This document shows, one piece after another, positions 56,648 to 64,000 of a stretch of DNA of 64,000 nt (positions within the stretch are counted from its first letter, which is position 1; each line of letters opens with the position of its first letter). Source of the stretch: Acidobacteriota bacterium. Its GTDB lineage: Bacteria; Acidobacteriota; UBA890; WLXD01. Both the position numbers and the translations under genes were made by a program. The notes under the pieces were generated by a model. The model saw only the letters and a program-made list of their open reading frames with translations, was not told the origin of the DNA and did not search any database. The stretch spans positions 736,001 to 800,000 of the forward strand of contig CAXWPL010000004.1 of assembly GCA_963666215.2 (NCBI GenBank). Reading direction: 5' to 3'.

Positions 56648-57496
56648 ATGGCCAATCGGAAGAAGTTGAACAAACAGCGCAGAAAGCGCAACACGCTGGC
56701 CTCGAAGGCCGACAAGTACGAGCTCTATCAGCGCTCGGTGCAGGAGCCGGAGTGCGACGTCGAGTTCTCGCGCGACCTGTTCGAGTCGCGCTTCGGGCGG
56801 CCGGCCCACCTGCTGCGGGAGGATTTCTGCGGCACCGCGGCAATCAGTTGTGACTGGGTACGGGCCGACGCCGCGAACCGATCGTGGGGCATCGACCTCG
56901 ACCCTGAACCTCTCGACTGGGGGACAAAGCACAATATCGGTCAGCTCGACTCCGATCAGGGGGGTCGCATCAAGCTCCTGCGCGCCGACGTCCGTTCGGC
57001 TGCGCGACCCACCGTGGATGTGGTCATGGCTCTGAATTTCTCGTTTTTCGTCTTCAAGAGCCGCACCGAGCTCGTTGCTTACTTCCGTGTGGCGCGCGAG
57101 AACTTGGCCGACGAAGGACTCCTGGTCCTCGACGCGTATGGCGGTCCCGGATCACAGCAGCTCTCCGAGGAGGAGATCGACCACGACGATTTCTCCTACT
57201 TTTGGGACCAGGACGACTTCGATCCAATCACCCACGGCACGCGGACCTACATCCACTTCGGCTTCGCCGACGGCAGCAAGCTCCAGAGGGCGTTCAGCTA
57301 CAACTGGCGGCTGTGGATGCTGCCGGAGATCCGCGAGGCGTTGATCGAGGCCGGCTTCGACGCAGCCGAGGTGTACTGGGAAGGCGCCGACGAAGACGGC
57401 GAGGGCGACGGGGTGTACACGCTGCAGGAAAGGGCCGAGGCAGAGGAGGCCTGGGTCGCCTACATCGTCGGCGTAAAAGGCCGAGCTACCGGCTGA
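56648..57496 (+). CDS. SAM-dependent methyltransferase
   Basis: YELYQRSVQ, LREDFCGTA, GIDLDPEPL, ALNFSFF. Confidence 0.8.
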   Translation: MANRKKLNKQRRKRNTLASKADKYELYQRSVQEPECDVEFSRDLFESRFGRPAHLLREDFCGTAAISCDWVRADAANRSWGIDLDPEPLDWGTKHNIGQLDSDQGGRIKLLRADVRSAARPTVDVVMALNFSFFVFKSRTELVAYFRVARENLADEGLLVLDAYGGPGSQQLSEEEIDHDDFSYFWDQDDFDPITHGTRTYIHFGFADGSKLQRAFSYNWRLWMLPEIREALIEAGFDAAEVYWEGADEDGEGDGVYTLQERAEAEEAWVAYIVGVKGRATG

Positions 57497-57597
57497 GCGC
57501 GGTCGCTCGGAGTCGTCTCGTGGGCGGCCAAGCTTCGACCACCGCCCGACTTCACGCACCGCACCGCGAGAAAAAGCGAGGCGATGGGTCTTTTCCA

Positions 57598-57619
57598 AGT
57601 GATATCACTATGATAAAAC
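57598..57619. promoter_or_regulatory. Palindromic operator candidate AGTGATATCACT followed by ATGATA
   Basis: 12-bp perfect palindrome upstream of the SPFH-RHH genes; related GTGATATC at 58697. Confidence 0.55.
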
Positions 57620-57711
57620 GAAGGTATCGTCATTCGACGGCATACCTGATGTAGTCATCGCCCCCGGGCATTGGGCTCGTGAGCTGGGCAGGCGTAGAAG
57701 GAGCGGAAACC

Positions 57712-58617
57712 GTGACCCGTGACTTGATTCGAGAAAACGAAGTCAAAGCCGCACCCGGACTCCCGATGCTGGCGCTGCTGATCGCCGTCATGCTAGGGCT
57801 CGTTTGGGCATTCATCGAGGCGATCCAGAGCCTCAGTCAGTTCGGCCCCAGCGGCCTGCGCGTGGCGTGGCTGATTGGCGTGGTCCTGCTGGCGGTGCTC
57901 GATGTGGTTCTGGTGGCCGGGCTGTTCGCCGTGGCGCCGAACGAGGGCAAGGTGCTGCAGCTGTTCGGCAAGTACGTCGGTACGGTCAGGGTTCCGGGCC
58001 TGCGGTGGGCGAACCCCTTCTACACCAAGAAGCGCATTTCGTTGCGGGTGCGCAATTTCGAGACCGGCAAGCTCAAGGTCAACGACAAGCGCGGCAACCC
58101 GATCGAGTTCGCCTCGGTCGTGGTGTGGAAGGTCGTGGATACCGCCGAGGCCATCTTCGAGGTCGACGACTACAAGCACTACGTCCACGTGCAAAGCGAG
58201 TCGGCGGGCCGCAACCTGGCCACCAACTACCCGTACGACGACTTCGAAGAGGGCGAGATCTCACTGGTCAGCCACACCGCCGAGATCTCTGAGAAGCTCG
58301 AGGAAGAGATCCAGAATCGGCTCAAGGATGCGGGCGTCAAGGTGCTCGAGGCACGTATCAGCCACTTGGCCTACGCGCCCGAGATCGCCGGCGCGATGCT
58401 GCAGCGGCAGCAGGCCGCCGCCGTCATCGCGGCGCGCCAGAAGATCGTCGAGGGCGCGGTGGGCATGGTGGAGACCGCGCTCGAGATGCTTGGCGAGAAG
58501 GACATCATCGAGCTCGACGACGAACGCAAGGCGCACGTGGTGAGCAACCTGCTCGTCGTGCTCACGAGCGACAGTCACACGCAGCCGGTGATCAACACCG
58601 GTTCGCTCTACAGCTAG
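57712..58617 (+). CDS. SPFH/Band 7 domain membrane protein
   Basis: Two TM helices; [44 protein letters not shown]. Confidence 0.92.
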   Translation: MTRDLIRENEVKAAPGLPMLALLIAVMLGLVWAFIEAIQSLSQFGPSGLRVAWLIGVVLLAVLDVVLVAGLFAVAPNEGKVLQLFGKYVGTVRVPGLRWANPFYTKKRISLRVRNFETGKLKVNDKRGNPIEFASVVVWKVVDTAEAIFEVDDYKHYVHVQSESAGRNLATNYPYDDFEEGEISLVSHTAEISEKLEEEIQNRLKDAGVKVLEARISHLAYAPEIAGAMLQRQQAAAVIAARQKIVEGAVGMVETALEMLGEKDIIELDDERKAHVVSNLLVVLTSDSHTQPVINTGSLYS

Positions 58618-58746
58618 CAAGGGCTCGTGACCGGTTGCGGCCAGGGAATCGCCGGGGCTCGGCCTTCGGGCGCGAGCCCCGGCGCCACCGGTCGCTGTGA
58701 TATCCCCGAGGGCTGAGCCGCGCGAACGAGCGCAACGGCAGCAAAA

Positions 58747-58941
58747 ATGGCCAAGCGTAAGGCGGTGCTGTTCCGGCTCGATCCGAAGCTCCACGACGCT
58801 CTGCGTCGTTGGGCCGACGACGAGCTGCGGTCGCTCAACGCTCAGGTCGAGTACCTGCTGCGCGACGCTCTACAGCGGTCCAATCGGCTTCGTCGCGATT
58901 CGCCACACGAGAGCCCGGTGCGCGAGGACGAGAGTGCGTGA
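58747..58941 (+). CDS. Arc/ribbon-helix-helix DNA-binding protein
   Basis: KAVLFRLDPKLHDALRRWADDELRSLNAQVEYLL. Confidence 0.85.
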   Translation: MAKRKAVLFRLDPKLHDALRRWADDELRSLNAQVEYLLRDALQRSNRLRRDSPHESPVREDESA

Positions 58942-58964
58942 CGTCGGCTGAGTAGAATGAGCCC

Positions 58965-60368
58965 ATGCTGGGACGGACATGTGCGTTCGCGCTGTTGCTG
59001 TTGGCGGCGGCGGGCCTTTCGACGACCGGCGGGCGCAATGTTGCGGCGGCCGCCAGGACCGCGGCGATGGCCCCTGTCCAGCAGAGCCAGCAGAGCCAAC
59101 ACAGCCAACACAGCCAACAGCCTGGGGCGCGGGCCACCGAGGACCTCCTGGAGGCCTTCTGGAAAGCCTCCAGTCGCGAAGAGCGTGCCACCGCAGCCAG
59201 TTTGATCGGCGCGGGCAATCTCGATGTCTTCGAGGTATTCGACATCCTGCGGCGCGGTCGTAGCTACTCCAGCGACGTGAAGACCGGGCGGCGCGACATC
59301 GAACACCGGGTCGACGGCGCCGCGCACCCGGCCTTCGTGATGGTTCCCGACGACTACGACGCCACCCGCAGGTATCCGCTGCGGTTCTTCTTGCACGGCG
59401 GCATCGGCCGGGCGGAGATTCCTCGCGATGGTTGGTGGCGCAACACTGATCGCGTCATCGGTTCTGACTACATCTCGGTGTTCCCCGCCTCATGGAACGA
59501 CTCGCGATGGTGGCACCCGCGCCAGCTCGACAACCTGGCCGCGATCTTGGCGACGCTCAAGCGCGACTACAACGTCGACGAGAACAACGTCCACATGTTC
59601 GGTGTTTCCGACGGTGGCACCGGCGTCTATTACTTCGCGTTCCGCGATCCCACGCCGTGGGCCGGCTTCCTGCCCTTCCTCGGCCATCCGTCGGTGTTGT
59701 CGAATCCGAGCAGTGGGACGCCGGAGCAGTTGCATGTGATCAACCTGATCAACCGGCCCTTCTACATCGTCAACGGTGGCACCGACCGGCTCTATCCGGT
59801 TGCCGCCGTTCGGCCGTACATCGTGCTGTTCCAGGACGCCGGTGTAGAGCTCGCGTTTGTTCCCAAGCCGGAGTACGGACACACGGTGGAGTGGTGGCCG
59901 CAGGAGGCGCCGGCGATTGAGCGCTTCATCGCGCGCACGGGGCGTGATCCTCTGCCCGACCGCGTGTCCTGGGAGACGGAGGATCCAGCAACCGCGGGCC
60001 GTATGGCCTGGATTGTTATCGACGAGCTGGGCGAAACCTCCACCGACAGTCACATGCCGATGCCGAACGTCGTGTCGGTGAACGGGCGCAGCTACGCCGC
60101 CTTCCCGTACGAGGAGCCGTCGGGCCGTGTTGAGGTGGAACGCAGCGGCAACACCGTGCTCGTGCGCAGCAGCGGTGTGCAACGCTACCGACTGCTCCGT
60201 TCGCCCGACGAGTTCGACTTTTCTGCGCCGGTGACTGTCATCACGAACGACAATGTGTCGTTCGAGAGCCTGGTGGAGCCGAGCCTGGCAACGCTGCTGC
60301 ACTGGGCGGTTCGCGACGACGACCGCACCATGCTGTTCGCCGCCGAGCTCGCGATCAGCCTCCAATAG
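58965..60368 (+). CDS. Secreted alpha/beta-hydrolase (esterase/peptidase-like)
   Basis: Signal peptide, YPLRFFLHGG, GVSDGG nucleophile elbow, GGTD, YGH; short (QQS/QHS)n repeat near 59079-59120. Confidence 0.8.
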   Translation: MLGRTCAFALLLLAAAGLSTTGGRNVAAAARTAAMAPVQQSQQSQHSQHSQQPGARATEDLLEAFWKASSREERATAASLIGAGNLDVFEVFDILRRGRSYSSDVKTGRRDIEHRVDGAAHPAFVMVPDDYDATRRYPLRFFLHGGIGRAEIPRDGWWRNTDRVIGSDYISVFPASWNDSRWWHPRQLDNLAAILATLKRDYNVDENNVHMFGVSDGGTGVYYFAFRDPTPWAGFLPFLGHPSVLSNPSSGTPEQLHVINLINRPFYIVNGGTDRLYPVAAVRPYIVLFQDAGVELAFVPKPEYGHTVEWWPQEAPAIERFIARTGRDPLPDRVSWETEDPATAGRMAWIVIDELGETSTDSHMPMPNVVSVNGRSYAAFPYEEPSGRVEVERSGNTVLVRSSGVQRYRLLRSPDEFDFSAPVTVITNDNVSFESLVEPSLATLLHWAVRDDDRTMLFAAELAISLQ

Positions 60369-60462
60369 GCCATCGTCCAGATCTGCGACACCCGCCTAGT
60401 CTTGCCAGGGCGCGCTCCAGGCGCGAGAGTGGCCGTAGTCAGTCCCGCGACGGGGGTCGAAT

Positions 60463-61221
60463 ATGACCGATTACAACTACGAACACTTCCCGCTCGATCT
60501 CGACATGTCGACGTTCGAGGCTTTCCCGAGCGCCCTCAAAGTGGGCCAGCGTGCCCCCAGCGGAACGCTTGTGAAGGCCGACCACGGCAAGCTCATACGG
60601 CTGTCGAAGGCCTGGCGGAGCGGGCCGGCCGTCTTGGAGTTCGGCTCGATCACCTGACCGTTCTGCGGGCTGGCGGCGCCAGCCCTCGAGCCGATGGCCG
60701 AGGAATACGGCGCGCGCGGCGTGAAGTTCGCGTTCATCTATACGCGCGAGGCGCATCCGGGCGAGAAGTACGGCCACCACCAGAGCTTCGATCAGAAGCT
60801 GCGCAACGCCCGCGATATGGTTGACGCGCACAACATCCGTCGCCCGATGCTCGTCGACGATCTCGACGGCAAGGTGCACCGCGCCTATGGGTCGTTGCCG
60901 AACATGGCTTACATCATCGGTGGAGGCGGCAAAATTGTTTATCGCGCCGCCTGGACCGACGCCGGGAACCTCCGCCTGGTTCTCGATTCGATCCTCGAGT
61001 CGCGCGACCGCCGCAACAACGGCGAGCCGATGCGCCCGTTCTACGTCGAGTGGGAGGCGAGCGTCGCGCTCGACCGCGTGAAATTCGTCGAAATGCTCCT
61101 CAACGACGTTGGCCCGCGCGCCGTTACCGAGTACATCGCGGCAATCGAGGCCACGCTGGGCGCGGCGGCCGCGCGGCCGGCGCGAAAGTGGTGGGAGGCT
61201 CAGCAGTCTCCTGAGCAATAG
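60463..61221 (+). CDS. Deiodinase-like thioredoxin-fold selenoprotein (UGA 60655-60657 read as Sec; 252 aa)
   Basis: ORFs 60463-60657 and 60694-61221 share one frame; FGSIT-U-PFC, IYTREAHP, LVDDLDG, YGSLPN; SECIS-like hairpin follows the UGA. Confidence 0.85.
60667..60685 (+). promoter_or_regulatory. Bacterial SECIS-like hairpin
   Basis: GGGCTGGC-GGC-GCCAGCCC, stem starting 9 nt after the in-frame UGA, G-rich apical loop. Confidence 0.7.
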
Positions 61222-61353
61222 TCGGAGCAATAGTCGGAACCCGGGCGTCGGCCAGAGGCGGCCACGATCACGTTGCCGGACTATTCGCCGGAGCGACGGC
61301 CATCCGGCAAGCCAGGGCTCGAGTAGGAAGGCCAGGCGAAGGCGCTGGCTCGA

Positions 61354-62925
61354 TCAGCGCAGCTTGTAGCGCTGGATTTTGCCGGTGGCGGTCTTGGGGA
61401 GCTCGTCCACGAGCTCGACCCAGCGCGGGTACTTGTAGGGCGCGATCGAGGATTTGACGAAGTCCTGCAGGGATTGCTTGAAAGAGCCCTCCCCGTCGTC
61501 CCCGTCGAGCACTTCGATCTCTCCCAGCTCCGATCGAGCAGCGTCGGTGAGCACGACGAACGCCTTCGGTTTGATCATCCCGGCTTCGTCTTCGGCGCCG
61601 ACCACGGCTGCCTCCAACACCGACGCATGTTCTAGAAGCGCTGCCTCGACCTCGAACGGCGAGACCCAGATGCCGCCGACCTTGAGCATGTCGTCGGTGC
61701 GGCCCTGGTACCAGTAGTAGCCGTCCTCGTCGACGGTGTACTTGTCGCCGGTACGGATCCACTCTCCCTCGATGGTCTGCTTGGTCTGCTCGTGCCGGTT
61801 CCAGTACTGAGCGCAGATCGAGTCGCCCTTGACGAGCAGGTCACCGATCTCGCCGGGCGGCAGGTCGTCACCGACGTCGTCAACGACGCGGGCCTCGTAG
61901 CCCGGGACGATCTCGCCGCTCGAGCCCGGTCGCGCGCGACCGGGACGGTTGGAGATGAACATCTGCAGCACTTCTGTAGAGCCGATGCCGTCGAGGATCT
62001 CCTGACCGTAGCGCTCCTTCCAGCGCTCGTAGAGCGCCGGCGGCAGCGCCTCGCCCGCCGAGACGCACAGCCGCAAGCTGGCGAGCTCCTCGCGACCGGG
62101 CGCGTTGTCGTGAGCGAGCAGCGCTGCGAAGTTGGTCGGTACGGAATAGAAGATCGTGGGCTGAAAGCGTTGGATGACGTCGAAAACGGCTTCCGGAGTT
62201 GGAGGTCCCGGAAACAGCACCGTCGAGGCGCCGACGCTGAACGGAAAGTAGAGCGCGTTGCCGAGCCCGTAGGCGAAGAAGAGCTTGGCCACCGAGAACG
62301 TGACGTCTTCGGGCTGGATGTCGAGCACCTGGCGCGCGTACGTGTTGGCGCAGGTGCGCATGTCGTGCTGCAGGTGGACGGTGCCTTTCGGGAAGCCCGT
62401 CGTGCCCGAGCTGTACAGCCACAAACGCGTCGTCCTCGCTCATCGGCTCGGGATCAAGCTCTTCTGAAGCGGCCTGGTGCCAAGCGCTGTAGTCGATCGT
62501 CGACGGTGGAATTTCTCGGCCATCGCCGCCGACGTGCACCACGTGCCGAAGGTGAGGTGCGTTCGCGAGCACCGGCTCCACGGCGGCGTACAACGACTCG
62601 TGCACCACCGGCAGCACGTCCGCGAGTCGCGTAGCAGGTACTCGTAGTCGGGTGCGCGCAGCAACGTGTTCACCGGCACCGGTACAGCGCCGATTTTGAT
62701 GGCACCGAAGAAGATGTCGATGAACTCAGGACAGTCGGGCACCAACAACATGACGCGTTGCTCGATCTGGACGCCGGTATCGCGCAGCGCGTTACCGCCG
62801 CGGTTCACTCGCCGCAGCACGTCTCCGTAGGTCAACGTCGAGTCATCGGTGGCGTTGCGAACCGCAATGACGTCGGCGCGGCCGGCCTCGATATTGGCGT
62901 CGACAAACTCGGCGGCTGCGTTCAT
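61354..62925 (-). pseudogene. Benzoate-CoA ligase family protein, split over three frames
   Basis: MNAAAEFVD...GAIKIGAVPVPVN; WLYSSGTTGFPKG, AKLFFAYGLGN, DGIGSTE, KTATGKIQR; frameshifts near 62620 and 62425 (may be sequencing errors). Confidence 0.85.
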
Positions 62926-63004
62926 CGGTTTCCCATCCGGTCTCTCGCGGCTACGTTCATCGGTCTCGGAGCTCGTCGATCACGGCTGCGGCTGCTCGTG
63001 GTTC

Positions 63005-64000
63005 CTATCCGGGGAACTGGAACGCCAGCATGCGCGTTGGCCCGTCGCCCACCTTCACGCTGCGCAGCACTGTGCGCAGCCCGCGGTGGATCGCGGCAAC
63101 CTGGCCGGCGTCCTCGAGTGTTACGTAGAGCGGCTCTCCACTCGGGTGCAGCGCGAACCAGTGTGGGCCGCCCGGCAGGTCGACTTCAGCGAACTGCTGC
63201 AGCTCCGGGACCGTGAACCCGTACGCCTTCTTGGTGCCGTACGACGCCACCCACAGCTCGCGCTGGTTCGGCGTCAGCAGCATGCCATGCGTAACGGTGT
63301 TCAGCGGCGGCGGCGGCATGCCCTCGGGAATTCCGAGATCAACCGTCTCGATGACCTCATCGGTCGTCAGGTCGACGACCACGAAGCCGTTGAGCCCGGA
63401 GAGCGTCACATAGGCCCGCGACATGTCGTTGGTCAGGGCGATCGGCCTCGGGATGCCGCCCACGGGGATCTTGCGGTCGACCTCGAGAGTCTCGGTGTCG
63501 ATCACCGCGATCAGGTCATCACCCATCGAGGTGACGATCACCGTCGAGCCGTCCGCGGAGGTGTAGGCGTTGTGCTGCTGCGTACCGACGTCGATGCGCT
63601 TGACGACGGTCATCGTGTCGGTGTCGACGATGTCGCAGAGCGCGGCGTCTTCTCCCTGCCCGGCGCGGATCGGCACGATGACGTGACGGCCGTCGGCGGT
63701 GATCGTCGGCTCGTTGGGCACGGGGCCCACCGCGGCGCGACCAAGAATCTCGTGCGTGGCGACGTCGACCTTCACCAGCTCGTTGGTGGTCTCGACCGTG
63801 ATGTACAGCGTGCGGCCATCGGGCGAAGCGATGAGCCCGTGCGGTCGCAGACCAACGTCGAGGATGGCCACGGTCTCGAGCGTGCTCGGGTCGAGTTGGC
63901 GCACGCTCTCGTAGCGATCGGCAACGTAGACACGAGTTTCTCCGGCCGGTTCGGCGTCGCCGCCCGCGGTCGGCACGGCGTCGCGACCACCACCACCACC
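63005..64000 (-). CDS. YncE/YVTN-type beta-propeller protein (5' end probably outside the window)
   Basis: Repeated blades VGLRPHGLIASPDG, VGPVPNE, VGGIPRPIALT, VGDGP. Confidence 0.85.
   Translation of the reverse strand, partial: GGGGGRDAVPTAGGDAEPAGETRVYVADRYESVRQLDPSTLETVAILDVGLRPHGLIASPDGRTLYITVETTNELVKVDVATHEILGRAAVGPVPNEPTITADGRHVIVPIRAGQGEDAALCDIVDTDTMTVVKRIDVGTQQHNAYTSADGSTVIVTSMGDDLIAVIDTETLEVDRKIPVGGIPRPIALTNDMSRAYVTLSGLNGFVVVDLTTDEVIETVDLGIPEGMPPPPLNTVTHGMLLTPNQRELWVASYGTKKAYGFTVPELQQFAEVDLPGGPHWFALHPSGEPLYVTLEDAGQVAAIHRGLRTVLRSVKVGDGPTRMLAFQFPG

Noticed and set aside
61213-61237. 12-bp tandem duplication GAGCAATAGTCG at the end of the selenoprotein gene
   Set aside because: Two adjacent copies with nothing between them; likely slippage or an excision footprint, with no further support.

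Overview
High-GC bacterial replication-origin region; gene order suggests Acidobacteriota or a related lineage (inference). The left arm, on the minus strand, carries mfd, a wzm/wzt-type ABC exporter, an ABC substrate-binding protein, a partial ATP synthase operon (b', b, delta, alpha, gamma, beta, epsilon), a broken cation:proton antiporter, bactofilin-parB-parA with two parS palindromes, and rsmG-jag-yidC-yidD-rnpA-rpmH. Then come oriC with dnaA-dnaN-gyrB-gyrA, and pcrA/uvrD. At 34225-39204 two cargo-carrying IS1-like DDE elements lie back to back in opposite orientation, with the same 8-bp target CACCAGTG present three times. Each element appears to encode an outward-facing small RNA antisense to a strong RBS upstream of its transposase. 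One element contains a tRNA-like sequence; the other carries a Panacea toxin-antitoxin pair and an IS21 scar. The insertion site abuts one of two sibling promoter-sRNA-terminator units that flank an S9 peptidase gene. The right arm holds glmS, glmU, tmk, ychF, several hydrolases and methyltransferases, an SPFH-RHH operon, a probable UGA-recoded deiodinase-like selenoprotein with a SECIS hairpin, and a frameshifted benzoate-CoA ligase family gene. All calls come from reading motifs by eye; no searches were run.
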